Source: Podarcis bocagei
Taxonomy: Eukaryota
Assembly: GCA_964188305.1 (NCBI GenBank)
Contig: OZ076900.1
DNA length: 64,000 nt
Reading direction: 5' to 3' (one strand)
Below, one piece after another: positions 22,291 through 36,214 of the stretch. Positions within the stretch are counted from its first letter, which is position 1; the number at the start of each line of letters is the position of its first letter. The notes below the pieces were generated by a model. The model was not told the DNA's origin and made no database searches. It saw only the letters and a program-made list of their open reading frames with translations. The position numbers and the translations under genes were made by a program.

Positions 22291-24769
22291 AGTTTAAGAG
22301 GGAAGGAATTAAAATACCAGGAGGCAATTACATATTTTATAATGGGCAAGATGAGCATCAGTTTTTCAGTTCACTGGGTTGTTGGCCCTGACATAAAGGA
22401 CACCCTGATGTATTTTTGGGAAAGTTGAACTGTGTAAGGAACACTCATCTGTGACACTGGCATTAGAAAATTAGGCAGATTACTGAAGAGCTCTTTTTAA
22501 AAGATGGATTAATATTTTCTATGCAAGTAAGTGTTCCTACTCTAGGGCATTTGTTTAGTCAAATGAAGCAAGAAAGAAATGAGGTAATAGAACTATTTGT
22601 CACTTGTATGCTTTAAGTGGGGGAGAGGGAGCAGAAATTATGAATTTCTTTGGCACTGCAAATGCGTTTTACTAATAAAAAAATACTTGGTGATCTTTAA
22701 GAGAACACTTTAGAGAGGGCTGATTTTTAGCTTGTGCCAAATAAACTTGACTTCGCCGTAAAAAATAACCCGGAAAGAAATTGACTAATAAGTTTCCAGA
22801 CCTTGTGAAATAGCAGCCTTCTCAGCCATGATGTTAGAGTCAAGTGGCATTGACATTATCACTCTCCTCTCCACCCACACTACCCAGCTGCAAATGATAG
22901 TTTGCATCATACACCTTAAAGTAAAGGGTCAGGCATTTTATCTGTTATGTCTGTAAATCTGCTTGAATTATGCTGCTCAAAAGTTGTGCTGGTGTATTAA
23001 GATGCGTGGGATTTTCAAGCATGCTATCATGCTGATGTCTATTAATGGCATCAGTCAATGGAACTCTGATAGACCCTAATGCATGCTTTTGTTGTTGATG
23101 ATGATTATAAGGTTCTGCCTCTCCAGCCATCAATAGCCTTTTCACAGAAGTTACATATCTAACTCCCCCCCCCTTATGGTTTACTAAAAAATTGCAGTGA
23201 GGGAGTAAAATGAAAGAAAAGGGGGTGGGGGAGGACCCCCCCTGAAATTATGATACAATATGTGGGTACAGTGCTTTTTGTACCCCTAAACATTTGGTGA
23301 ATCTAACAGGAGAAGAAACTATTGTGTGTTTTTTTTAAAGTTGTTTCTTCTCTAGCACGGTGAATTGTCAGTTCTGTTGAAAAGTACGTTGAATCGTCAG
23401 TTCCATTGCTACCCCCCAATGGCGGCCTCATTTCCTTTCCCAGTGTTTCCTGAGTCTCAGATGGAAGTGAGCGTTTAATGTGTGAAGTAGGAATTGGAAT
23501 CTAGCACAGTGATTGGTCATTTTCATTGTTGGTGCACACAACCTCATGCCAATGTGGAAGTTACTGTGTGTTGTCAGCTGCCTAATATGAGGTAATGCAT
23601 GTTCTTTGTCCATTTGTCCATTTACTGTATTTATTTTTCCTGATTTGAACTATAAAATGGTGATTTTATTGAGTCAAAATGAGAGTATCCCTAAACATTA
23701 TTTTTTTTGAAAAAGCACTGTGTGGGTATATAAATTTAAAGGGGGCTACATGCCAGTGATGGGCCAGAGGCAAAAGTGGGTGAAGTAATGAATACAAAGT
23801 TTACCTTTGCACATTAGGCTAAATTCAACTCACACATCCGTCTCCAGCCATCATCTGGGCAAGCAAGGGTCATGATCAGAGTTTACAGACACATTGCAGC
23901 CAGGCAAAAACATTTAAGGAGGGTGCAAAGAAGACCTATTCAGGAGTGTGGCCCGGGGAGAAGGAGTGTTATGCTGAGAGAGTTCTGACAGCCAGATAGA
24001 TAGGATTAGGGGCCGCATATACCACCCCCAGGCCTCATGTTCTCCACCCCTTTTAGAAGTTTAGCTAAGTTTATATCTTTATTTATATGTACAAATGGGA
24101 GAGCTAAGGTAAACCATACATTCATAGCATTAGTTATCTCTAAAGGAACTTCTAAAAGTGTGGCACTATATGCAGGTTCTTCTACTGAGGATTTGTAATG
24201 GACTGCAGCCTCCTCCAGCCATTTTGCTGAACACATGGTGATTAAAAGAGTGTTGGAAATGCCCCCCCCCAAAAACCCCTATATAATTTTTCCTAAAAGT
24301 GCGAAGTCCAGGATAGGCATCCCAAGTGCTTGGCATAGGGCTTACAAAGCTGCTCCCTGGCTCAGTCATGCAGCTGATCCAACCATGTCTCTACTTGCCA
24401 TACACCTGACATCACAGGTGTCAGGTGTGTGACATGTGGGCATGGTTTGAGGGAAATGACCTCCAGGCCAAGCTGAGACCCATGCTGCATCAAATTTGGC
24501 CCATAGAGCAGAGTTTCCTCACTCATTGTATAAAAAAGAAGGTATATCAAACTTCTTGTAAAACCTCTCTGAGAAATCACTGCATTCTTCTGGTTGCTGA
24601 AGGAATAAGGATGATTGCTACCATGATAGAAACTGCTAGGTGAGGCAGAAGTTACCTCACCAGTTTGAGCCATAGAAAAAAGTGGTTCTGGCTACTACTG
24701 TGTCTCCAAAGGAGGAACTGAGATCCACAGGGTGTGTGTGCTCTCTGTCTCGTTACATGAAATGTTCCA

Positions 24770-24783
24770 GTTGCCATGGAGAC
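24770..24783. promoter_or_regulatory. RFX X-box motif
   Basis: GTTGCCATGGAGAC, a near-palindromic canonical X-box in apparently unique sequence; function not shown. Confidence 0.4.
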
Positions 24784-26074
24784 CTGGCAGTTAATTTTCC
24801 ATTATGATCAGGGTTTGTAAAAATCCAGAAGCTGTTGCAGCTGAAATACAATTTGGGGACAATTCTGTCAAATTAGAAATTGACTACATGGGATTTGAAC
24901 CCACACGTTGGGGGGAAAATAAATATATGGCCCCTCAGAGTGCTCTGAATGCCACCTACGTTTGAAAATCAAACCTTTAGTTCAAGCAACTGTGCAAAAA
25001 CATATTGGGTAAAAGATGCAAAGCTTTCCTAGGGGAAAAGGTGGGGCTGAATTATATCCGGATTGGGTCTGTTTCATCAAAATGTTCACTGTCTCTCATA
25101 CACCTGGCATTATTAGATTTCTTCCAGCTTCTGAATGCTTTTAGAAACAACTTGGGCAGTGTATAATGCTAGGCTTGAACTTTTGCTGTTGACAAATTAA
25201 ATACCTTTGCCATGTACTTTCAGGAGAATATATAGCTATTGATTCCCAGAATTGAAACTTTGGCCAATTTTCCTTGAATCTTAACAGGCCCTGAGAGGAA
25301 TTAGTTCAGAACAAAAAAAGGCTGTTTGCCTATAGTCTGAGCCCGAGAGAAATGGAGGCAGGTGTCTGGGTGGAAGGCATTTTATTGTAATTAGACTGAT
25401 CATTCTTCTTTTTTATTTTATTATGGATATTTAATCATCCTAAACCTAATTCTCTGCTTGTGCATTGGGGCTTTTGGATGGTTCAGACTTCACCATTTGC
25501 TACAGAGCTGTGATTCACTGCCAGTGTTTTAACAATGGACTATTAAAAATGCGTGTCCCTTCAGGCATTGAGAGTCTAGACACCAGTACTGTTGAAAAAT
25601 ACACTGCTGCGGCAGAGCCTAGGTGATTTCTAAGGCTTCTTTAAGGCTGCCTCTGACCGTACAAGCAAAGCAATTGGCAAAATATCCCCAGGGGCTATCA
25701 GTGAAGCAATGTCCTAGATGAGATGTGCACTCCAGGCAGGGCTGCTTAGAGAGGGACTTGAGCAAAATGCCCTCTGCCGGACTCTTTTGTCCATTGTGGG
25801 CCCTGGGCAATAGCTTCCATCCTCTGTTTTGATTTCCCACACTGTTTCACATCTACATTATGGCACATTGTGGGCACTTAAAGTGGTGGTTGGACCCAGC
25901 CACTTGGTGTTGACTTGGAATAGGAATTTTTGCTAGTTGTCTCAAAAAACTTATTTCCTCTTGTTTACACCACAGTTGTATGCTCCACTCTAGCAGGAAC
26001 CTTAAAATTTGCCTTGCTTGAGGTTATGTTTGGTGGTAAACTCTATTGCCTACACAACTTCTCTTGAAAGAAAA

Positions 26075-26147
<73 letters not shown>
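26075..26147. repeat. Compound (TG)n(AG)n microsatellite
   Basis: Read directly from the sequence. Confidence 0.95.
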
Positions 26148-26150
<3 letters not shown>

Positions 26151-26794
26151 TGCTAAAAATTCTACCTGCCTTATTTGCTTTTGTTTGAAAATTGTGAGTT
26201 TTGGAGCTCTTTTAGCTAAGTTTCCCGACAAACCTTGGCTGGCTCTCATCGCAATTCTTGTTTTTTCCAGCTATTTGGTTTTTGGAATTTTCAAGATGTG
26301 AAGAAAAGTTTCACAGGACTGAACAGTCTCTAATGAAAGAGTCTGTCAACAGAGCTCATCCTTGTTTTGCTTAAGGAAAAAATTCTAGGCATGGATATCC
26401 GACTGTTCACCTGCTGATTCTTAAACCAGTCTGTCACCAGGAAGGTTACTGATCCAAGGATCATCTGGGGAAAGGATTTTAACTATTCTGAAAGCAATCC
26501 TAGCTAATTAAGGATCGGTGATACCTTGGCTGCAAAATCAGTTTCAAAAGTCTGGCCTTGTGTGCCAGAGTTCTCTAATTCCCTACAGGTGTGTGCGAGA
26601 AAGCAGATAAGTAAAGTATTTTGTTCTTAATCTTGGTTTCTGCGGCTTGCAGGATGCCTGCTGAAGCCAAAGAGCAATGACTCCAGTAAACACTTCTACA
26701 TTATTAAAGTTCCCTCTCTTTTTTTGGCAATAATCTTCACAACTTGAAAGGGGGAAAATCTATCTGACTTTCATAGCTGGGGAATGAGCAGATG

Positions 26795-26796
<2 letters not shown>

Positions 26797-26850
<54 letters not shown>
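26797..26850. repeat. (AC)n microsatellite
   Basis: Read directly from the sequence. Confidence 0.95.
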
Positions 26851-26853
<3 letters not shown>

Positions 26854-27014
26854 AAAGGATGACCTTGTTTACTAGAGACAGACAAGAATGAAATTTAAGA
26901 AAGACACATTAAATACCTAATAAAATTTACTTAAAATGAAATCAATCAATAAACATCACCATGTGGCAAAAAATCCCAGCTTGATTCCAACTTTCTTTTC
27001 TGCGTCATCTTAGA

Positions 27015-27175
27015 CACATCCACACTGTACATTTAAAGCAAATGGCTCCCCCCCCCAACAAATCCCTCATAGAGCTACAATTCCCCTCACAGAGCTACAA
27101 TTCCCAAAACCCTTAACAATCTACAGTTCCCAGGATTATTTGGGGGAAGCTGCATGCCTTAAATGTTTAAATGTA
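27015..27175. mobile_element. Short MITE-like repeat (ctacagttcccag family)
   Basis: Contains repeated agagctacaattccc; a related copy lies at ~59535-59700. Confidence 0.5.
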
Positions 27176-28284
27176 TGCTGTTAATGCAATATTGTTAAGA
27201 TCTTTAAAATTGCCTCTATTGTAATAAGTGGAGAACTCAAAGCTGGTACTTGTTTGCTGGGTCAATGGGGAAGGGAGGGCTAAAATAAAGTTATGTGGGA
27301 TTTGCTCTGACCCCTGCTGTCCACATGTACAGGGAGCACATCAGCAGCCCATGCCCTTTAGAAACTTTCTAAGGTTTGGGTTCAGGCATTCAGTATCTCT
27401 GCGTGATGCACCCCGATTGTCCACAGGGACTTGATTTGAATACAGAATATAATATGTGACCTAAGCCAGAACAACACTGTCTGGGAGAATTGCCCTTGAC
27501 TGTAAAAGGAGGTTCCTAGTTGAGTAGGCAGGGAGACAGTAAGAGCCAGAGACAATGACAGAGCTAATGGTGGGTGGAACCACTAATTCTAGCTTTGTGC
27601 CCATCCTCCTCCCTGCTGAGTTCTACATAGGCAACACAGACACTAAAGAAGACAGGTAGTGCCACTCGCTAAACTAGAAGTAAGTAAGCAGATGGGGGCT
27701 GGCTAAAGGCAGGCAGGGGCTAGTAGGGCCCTAATGAACCAGCCTCCATGGGTGGGACTGCGGAGTTCCAAAGCTCCATTGGAGAGCCACTGGGAGGTTG
27801 CACCCCTTACCTACATGCATTCATGGTGTCTGCTGCTTCTTCCAGAGTTTTGGAATACACTAATAGAGGACTCTGCATGTATTATCATATGCATGAGTTA
27901 CTTTTCAAAATGTACAAATGAGCATGTATAAGTCACAGGTGGAGATCTGCCATAGTGATACTACATCTCTTCTGAGTCTGGGAGTACATGGAAACCTCTT
28001 GAGTGTGTTTGACAGAGAGCTACAGTTTGTTCTAGGTTCTGAAAGGCATACTGTACTTGCTTTGTAACATGTTTTCCAAACAAGCATATTTCTCCTTTGC
28101 ATATTCAGGTGTGCATTTAAATCTTAGGCGTACACATTCGAAAATAGAATCCTAATGTTTGAATTGTCCCTAAGATAGAGAAATTCTACCGTTACAGAAG
28201 AACCGCTAAGAACACATCTCAGTATATCTCTTGCAGACCCATGGTGCATAGACATACTGAGAAGGTGCAGTTGATAAAACTTTA

Positions 28285-28425
28285 GATATAGGGCAGGCAA
28301 CATGATGCGCTTGAGACATTGTTGGGCTGCAACTCCCAGCATTTCTGACCATTAGCCATCCTGGCCAGATCTTTTTGGAATTGTAGTCCAACAATGTCTA
28401 AAGGGCACCATGTTGGCTGCCTTCA
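28285..28425. mobile_element. Palindromic hAT-like MITE
   Basis: tagggcaggcaacatgatg..gctgcaactcccagc..ggaattgtagtccaacaatgtct..catgttggctgcc. Confidence 0.65.
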
Positions 28426-31400
28426 AGTTTAGATTATTATGATAGGGGCAGTTGTTTCCTAGGTAAAATGGGACCATTTACTACTAGTTGAAAAGTAACA
28501 CAGGAAAATGAAGAACTCTGTGGGAAGTGAAAGTGTTGCAGGTAATGAAAGTCTCCCTTCATGTCTTGGTATCCCGCTGTGTAGGTGTATTTTATTTTCA
28601 AAGAAACAAAATTTATGGCGCTCATTTTTGGTAGGACTTTGAATTAGAAGCATATAATTTCATCGGGCACGGGACTTTGAAGCTTGGCAGAAAGAAAATG
28701 GCAGCCTTGACGGTCTGTGCTATACAGGATCCAAAATTCCCCTCGCTGGCTTTAACTTCCATTTGATGTTGCTGCAAATTATCCAGCCTCCTGGTTCTTC
28801 TGTGTAAACAGCATGGGATGCAATTGCTGTCAGGACACGCCAGGTTGTGAAAAGCAGCACGGTACCAGCTGGAAACTGCTCACGGCTTCCTAGTAATTTT
28901 CGGATGCTAATCAGAACTGAATTTGAACATGGGAGTTCAAAGCTGTTAAGAGGCACCATATGAGGATTCATTCATATAAAGAATATTTCTGGACAGGAGC
29001 TTTCTCCTGGGAGTGGGAAGAGAAAGTGCTGCATCTGAACTGCATGGGGGAAACAAAAATGATAAAGAAATGGAGTGAAATGAGATAGCAATATCTATAT
29101 CTGTATATTTGACATGTATTTCAATAAACTATTGGGTGTTTGACATCCTAGGAGAGGCGCCTGAATTGTGCAGCAATGAAAGCGAACTAGAAGCTTTAAC
29201 AATCTTGATCGCCAATGAGTAGATTTAGATGAGGTGGACTTAACAAAAGAACCTGTATAACAAATCTCTTACATTTGTTTGAGTTGGGGGTGGGGGGCGG
29301 AGATACAGTACCATAAATCTAATCCTAGAAAATGTACAGGTAGGTAGAAACCACAGCAAGCACTGAAAATGCCATTAGGAAGGTGTTGGACAAAGGAACT
29401 AAGATGACTGTGGAAGGTCTATTGTTGACTATTTAAAAATAGGTTACAAAGAAGACAATTTGAACTGGCTTTTGGTAAGAAATCATGTACATTTCTGACA
29501 AGGATAGAATAAAAGCATAAGCCAGGATGCCAATATTTTGAATTCAGTGTCTCAAAGCCTTTTTACAGGGACCTGCAAACATGGGCAGAAAGTTACCAGT
29601 GGTGAACTTAAATCTAATCCTGTTAAATCCCCACCTGCCCCAGATGGCACAATGTGAGAGAACTAGTTTTCATCTTGTTTAACGAAAACTCAGAAATGGT
29701 GGGGATTTATCTCCAACCTTTCTAATAACAAGGGGCCAGCCAGGCCACTTCCATACAGAATTCTCTGGCACACAAGAGACTTGGACAACCAGGGACAGGG
29801 CTGCAGATCAGTGGTAGGGCATCGTGGTGTCTGGGGGAGACTCCTGACTGAAACCCTGGAGAGCTGTTGCCAGTCGTTGACAATGCTGAGCTAAATGGTC
29901 TGATGGTCTGACTTAGGAACATAGAAACCTGCCTTATACCAAGGATTAGTATATGCACCACTTAGCACCAGGCACTGGGGGAAAGATAAGCAGTAGCAAA
30001 AGAGAAACTCTTCAAACCCCAAGTACTGCCTTCTTCAGATTTTCTTCTGTTTGCGCCAGAGAACTTGGTTGATGAAGGGAGGTCAGCAGTGACCTTCCAC
30101 CTACTGCACACAACGGGAAATGATAGATACCTTCTAAAAGAAATCAACGCAACCTCCACAAGCTCCAACACACCCACTGAAACACATTATAATGTGAAAA
30201 ATAGTGAGCAGTATGGAGGACTATTTCCCAGATTGGACCCTAACTGCTTGACCTTTTAGGTTTCAACATGGCATCTAAGTGCAGTCATAGTGAGCTTATT
30301 AAAATTCAAATCGACAAATTAAGTAGCTTCCCAGTCCAGCTCTTAATTGCAGATGACATTGCAGCCTCAAGCATTTTCTAACTGAAAAAATTAGTCCGGC
30401 ACATACGTTGGCTGCCAGCAAGTTCTCGGTAATTTGAAGGCCATTTAATATTACCCCATTTTCAATTAATATTATGTATTCACAGCATTAAAGGCAATAA
30501 TAATGCTGGAAACACATGCACACACACACCACTTTAGAAGTGTATGCAGTTAGGGCCACTATTACATGCATCTTAAGCTCTTAAATTGTAAGCAAATGGC
30601 AGTTTCCGAATGGTTAACTACATATTTACTCTGAAAATCTAATCCAGAAAAATATATAATCCTCAGATATATTGCCCCTGCTCTTCCTTCAGAGGCATGT
30701 TTGCCTCCACTACATGCAAAGGGGACTCAGGAATTTGCAGAGGACAAGTCAGCTGAGGGCTAAAGGCCAATGGGAAGGGGGTTGGGCAGAGCTTCATAAG
30801 CCCATTTCTCCCCCAGGTGTGCCCTCTACTCTTTGTTGTGCCCCCTTCCCTATATGCAGTGTCAGCTCCTGCCAGTCACCTGCTGAAGGGGCTGAGGAGG
30901 TTTTTTTCTGAAAGAGCTCCTTGACAGGCCATGGCGATCCTTGCTATTTTTTTGCTTACTTCACTCTGCTGGGAAGAATTTGATGGGCAACCCAGAAGTG
31001 GCATAGTGGTGTTGCTCTTCAGGCATTAAACATGGGAAGGTGAGAAATTTGAGGTGAGATACAATAGGGACACTGGTGGACTATTGTGTTATGGGCAGCC
31101 TCTGTGGACCCACCAGTGCATTTTGCCTGGGGGACTTGGGGTGCTCTTTAGGCCTGATATGCACATTTAGTGTGTCTCACTTAGTAAATAGGGGTTTATT
31201 TCCTCCCTATCCTTTGCTGAGGAGACACAGACTGTGGTTGCATCTTTCTGAATTTGGTTAATCCAGTTAATCTGATTTGCACTTATTCCAATTCTGTTAT
31301 ATTGATAAGTATAACCATTGCACCAAGTGTTGCCTCCTGAGGGCAATGCATATTTCTAAATGCATCCTGTTTCAGATGTTTCAGTCACTGGAACAAAACT

Positions 31401-31976
31401 GAGGTCCTTCAAGTTCAGGGAAGAGAAGACTTTAGTTCCCAGGGTAGGAAACTGCAAAACTTCCATGGCTTCTCAGTTGTTGTTTGGGTCCCTGAGGGAC
31501 TTTATGATTATTTATACATTTATTTCCTCATGCTTCTATCTTGCCCTTCCTCCTAATGGGAGCACAGGGTGCTGACAATACAATTTTTATTTATTTTGAA
31601 GCATTTATATACTGTTTGACTGTAATGAAACCTCTAATTGGGTTTTTTTAAATAAAAAAAGAACTTTAAAATTATCGAAAAAAGTTCAAAGCAAGTATTT
31701 TAAAAGAAGCAAAAGGTAATTAAAATCAACAGTAAGCAAAAAGAAATTAAAACACAATACCACATTCAAAGTGGTGTTAAGATGTCACACCAAACCAGAT
31801 ATTAAAAGAGAATATACCCCAGCAATAGTAGAGTAATTAAAAAAAACGAACTTTTAGTGTCTTTTCCTTTTTTGGGTTTGTAAAACACCGGGAGGCTTTA
31901 TTACAACCAAATGGGATACAAATTTTGTTTAAAGAGAATTAAAAGCGTAGAGATGGAAAATCTGCATTCTAACTTC

Positions 31977-32018
31977 TCCTCCTCCTCCTCCTCCTCCTCC
32001 TCCTCCTCCTCCTCCTCC
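31977..32018. repeat. (CCT)n microsatellite
   Basis: Read directly from the sequence. Confidence 0.95.
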
Positions 32019-32679
32019 TTTTTCTAAAACTGGAAGCATTTCTCAGTGCTACTTATTAAAAATATTGACCTCTATCTAGGTCCAGGTATTGGCTGTATAG
32101 CTTAAGGGGAAATGCTGTGACAGTGTTAGCTAATCAAGAGCAAGAGAGAGCAGGAAGACGGGGGGGGGGTGTTGAGATGAAACCCTATACTTTCTTGGCA
32201 GAAAAATACTGTGCTTGGTGTGAGTTGGAACAGTAAAAAAAGCAAAAAACAACAACAAAAACCTGACTTAAATAACCTGAGGAAATGTATCTAAAGCAGA
32301 GTTTACAGTTCTTGTTACACTGCCATCATATAAAGCTTTCAAGGAGGCATAGCGGAAAAAGTCACACCATGAAAATTGAGCGCACAAGTTTTAAGGCTTG
32401 AACATAAAGGGCATCAAAGCATTACAAAGACAAACGAGGGCTACAAATTAAATTCAGCAAAAAAAGCAACAGAATGCTTATGCATGAGCTGGAGTTAATG
32501 CCTGCTCATAAACCAGCGAAGAAAATGGGAAGCACGAAGAACCTCCAAGTTTATTCTGATCTGGAGGAACCAACAGGTTGTTGGAAAAGGGACTTCCAAG
32601 CAGCTCGGAGAAAATGGTGGCTGTGGAACAGAGTAGATTTGCCTAATGTGACATAAGAAAGTATGGGGGGGGCGGGTGT

Positions 32680-32820
32680 CAAGGAACAGGAACCTGTGGG
32701 GCCCTACAGATGTTGTTGAACTACAACACCCATCATACCTGGCTATTAACCAGGCTTGCTGGAGCTACTGGGAGTTGGAGTCCAGTGACATCTAGAGGGC
32801 CACAGCTTCCCCATCCTTGG
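32680..32820. mobile_element. Palindromic hAT-like MITE
   Basis: ggaacctgtggg..gatgttgttgaactacaac..gggagttggagtcc..agggccacagcttcccc. Confidence 0.7.
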
Positions 32821-33286
32821 GTGGTCTCTTGTCCCTCTACCAAATTTTAATTTAGGTTTGCTAAAATGTTTGCCCTCTGTTTTGAGTGAAAACTACTTGA
32901 TGCTAGTAAGTTATTCAGCAGTGGAATGGCCTTCTGTGGAAGGCAATGCATTTTTTGATAGAGGTTTCTAAACCAAGAATGGATGTCTATCCACCAGGGA
33001 TCCTGCATTTAAGGGCCTCTGTATTGACAGGGAGATTCCTTTTGACTCTATGATACTTGGATAATTATACGCTGGAAGAATCAGAGCATTTCTATTCACA
33101 TCTAGATGTGTCTTCTCTACTTTGATGGGCAACATATCCCCCAAACCTTTCCCAACACTGCTACCTGTAATCACTGTCTCTATGAGGATTCTGTCGCCCT
33201 CTAGGTGTTGTTGAATGTTCATCAGTCCCAGCCAGGACAGCCAATGATCCAGGATGAGGAGAGTTGTAAACCAACAACATCTAGAG

Positions 33287-33773
33287 CAGTGTTTCCCAAC
33301 CTTTTTTGGGCAAAGGCACACTTGTTTGATGAAAAAAATCTTGAGGCACACCACCATTACAGCCCCGTGATGTCAGCGCGCAGCGTCACGCCGGGAGGGA
33401 CGCACGAAAGTGTAAGTTTCAATTTTTTACCCTCCCCCTTGCCGGGGAACCTCCAAGCTTTGGGGGTGGGGGGGGGAGGAGGCAGCAAAGCGAGGCAGGA
33501 AGGAGAGCGCGGCTTGGCTGGGTGAGCTTTGGCAGGGGCAGGGAATGAGAGCCGCGAGGCGGGCGCTGCGGACGGAGGCGCTGCCCACCGAGCTCGCAGG
33601 CAGCCAGGCAGGCAGACGGCGAGAGCCCCGTGCTGGGCGGCCTCTCCTTGCCGCCGCCGCCCCGCCTCTCGCCGCCCGACTCGCCCGCCTCCCTCCAGGC
33701 AACATCTCGCGGCACACCAGGCAACATCTCGCGGCACACTAGTGTGCCGCGGAACAGTGGTTGGGAAACACTG
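33287..33773. mobile_element. Young non-autonomous hAT (Charlie-like) element nested in an older MITE (~33185-33800)
   Basis: Perfect 15-bp TIRs cagtgtttcccaacc / ggttgggaaacactg; perfect 8-bp TSD atctagag (33279-33286, 33774-33781); very CpG-rich interior. Confidence 0.95.
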
Positions 33774-35527
33774 ATCTAGAGGGCCATAGAGTCCCTACTC
33801 TGTTTCAACTGGTGATGCCATGGAGTGAATCATAACTGAAGTCATTACCGCTACAGGGCAGCAACGTCATTATTGGCAGAATAACAGTTTGTGATAAAAT
33901 ACATGTGATAAAATAGACACATGTCGTTGTATCCAATGCTAATCCTTCACAGAGAGGACCCATTAGTATCAGTGGAGATACATTAGTCACATCTATTGAT
34001 TTAAATGTGTTTACTCTGAATATGTTCATTGGATGCAACCCATGATCACTGCCTGGAGAACTGAGTGCCCCTGAAGAATGCAAAAAAAATGGTCACCCAG
34101 ATAGAAAATATTCTTAACAATGTAGACAGACAGACAGACAGACACACACACACAAGGGGCGGGGGGCGGAGAGAGAGTTGGCGTGGTGCTATAAACAGTG
34201 AGGTCAGAAGGGAATGGAATGCAGAAAAGTATACATAGTGATCATTATATTCTTGGCCCAGGCTTGCCTACCATTGGCAGAGGGAGGCACCTGCCACAGG
34301 TTGAAAATGCTGGGAGGAAGAGAGCAGCAGTAAGATGTTGGAACAACAGAACTACATGTGCTATGTGGCTTGCCTTAAGCCATTCTGTTGTCCTCAGGAA
34401 CAGTGACAGACACTGTCCAATTACCAGTGTTGAAATAAGATTCAGTTTCCAGTCTGATTAGATTTTGTACATGGAATAGGAGGGAGAACCATCTTGATCT
34501 CTGCCTCAGGCAAAATGCGTTGGTCCAGCCCTGCAGTGACCTTTGACAACAGATATTACAGTTTTTTTAAAATCTTTTTTTATTATGTATTTTGAACTGT
34601 AGCCTTCTCAGGGCTGAGATCTGTCATCATCACTCAGGAAAATGCCGTGCATGCTGATAGTGCTGTGTAAATCATGGTCTTATGCACATAGGCATGGAGA
34701 TGGATCTAGCATCACCTGTCGGGAAAACCATTATTTTATTTGATAATTGGACCTAATTAATTCTAGACATCAGGGGAACTGGAAAGAAAAATGGGGGGGG
34801 GCAGGGCCAGGCCAGCAATATGCCCACTGATTGTAGCACAGCTCCCAAAAGCTTGCTGAAAGAGAATTTTCCTCTAAGGAGCAAACAATTTCATAAGTGC
34901 TGTAGATTGGATTGAAACAAGAATTGCAAAGAATTTTGCATATCATACCAGGAAGCAAAAAAAGATAGAGAAAAAGCATGCCTTCTTCATCTGCAAGCCT
35001 TTGCTTAGGTGAATTGCTTTCCTGAGGAAAGATTAGGATCAAATTACAAGAAATTGCAGAGGCAAGCAAAAGATGGTTCTGAATTTAAGGAGAGGATGCT
35101 CCAGTGAAATGAAGAGAGAAAGCAGGGCGGGTAGTGGGGGGAGAGAATTATGCAGATTTCAAAATGCATCTGAGATCCATGTTGCATATCAAGTTTTCAT
35201 CCGGTGAAAATTGAGTCCAATCTAACAACGTCCCTGAGAGAATACAGAAAAATATGAAGTGAGTTGATGGATAATTTGGAGAATGCAAGAGTTATAGCAA
35301 GGTGGCTTTGGTCTCCTGGGTGCAGAATGGACAGAGGAAAATCAAGGCACTGAATAATGATATTGAGCATTTATATAGAACTCTTGTGTGTGATTCTCAT
35401 ACATTATAATGCTGTTTGACTTTGCTTGGCTTTTCTCTTCCCTTCCCATCCCACCCCTGCCACTTTCGTGTTGTACCCATTAGAGTAGGAGCCTGCAGGA
35501 AAGGACTGGTTTGGTGTTGATCTCTAT

Positions 35528-35665
35528 ACAAGTGAGGAACCTTTGGCCCTTCATAGTTGTGGAACTACAACTCCCATAATCCCTGGCCATTGCACGTTCT
35601 TGCTGTGGCTGATGGGAGTTGTAGTCCAGCAATATCTGAAGGGCCACACGTCCCTCAAACCTGAC
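35528..35665. mobile_element. Palindromic hAT-like MITE
   Basis: ggaacctttggccc..gaactacaactcccat..atgggagttgtagtcc..gggccacacgtccc. Confidence 0.7.
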
Positions 35666-36214
35666 ACAGAACATTTTAGATGTGCTATAAATGATAAAGC
35701 TGTATTCTTTTCAATCCCTGCTTAAAATATTTTTGTTTAGGCAAGCTTATCCAGACATGTACAAGTTACATGTGTCTTATCTCTCTTTAGCTATTGTTGA
35801 TTTTAATTATCTCTTGAAAGTTTTAAAATATTTTTATCAATGCATTTAATGTGTTCTCATGATAATTATATTATTATTCTTGTCGTAAATAAATAATATA
35901 ATTATTATGTTTATTTTTAATGCCTTCCATGCCTGTTGCTTGGAGTTTTCTTACAATCAAATGGTATATAAATTTTGTTAAATAAAACAACTAATAATCA
36001 TTGCTGTTATCTGTAATTCTTATAGGATCTCTGTGAATTAGGCCAGGATTAGCCTTCACGACTGATCAGGGACAAAATGAGAGAGTAAAGCAATGTCAGT
36101 GGTGTGGGAAAGGTGGCATCATCATCTCTGAAGAAGCTTCTCAGGATGGCCTCCCTGTTTCCTGCTTACCTGTCTGTCTAGTGGATTTATAGTGGTGGAA
36201 CAAACAGGCAAATA

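Noticed and set aside
30060-30259. Possible coding exon (acceptor-like ..gcgccag, ORF VDEGRSAVTFHLLHTTGNDRYLLKEIN)
   Set aside because: No recognisable protein family and no partner exons; a chance ORF is likely without RNA evidence.
33357-33774. Overlapping GC-rich ORFs or an apparent CpG-island promoter
   Set aside because: Essentially within a TIR/TSD-bounded hAT element; GC richness explains the open frames.
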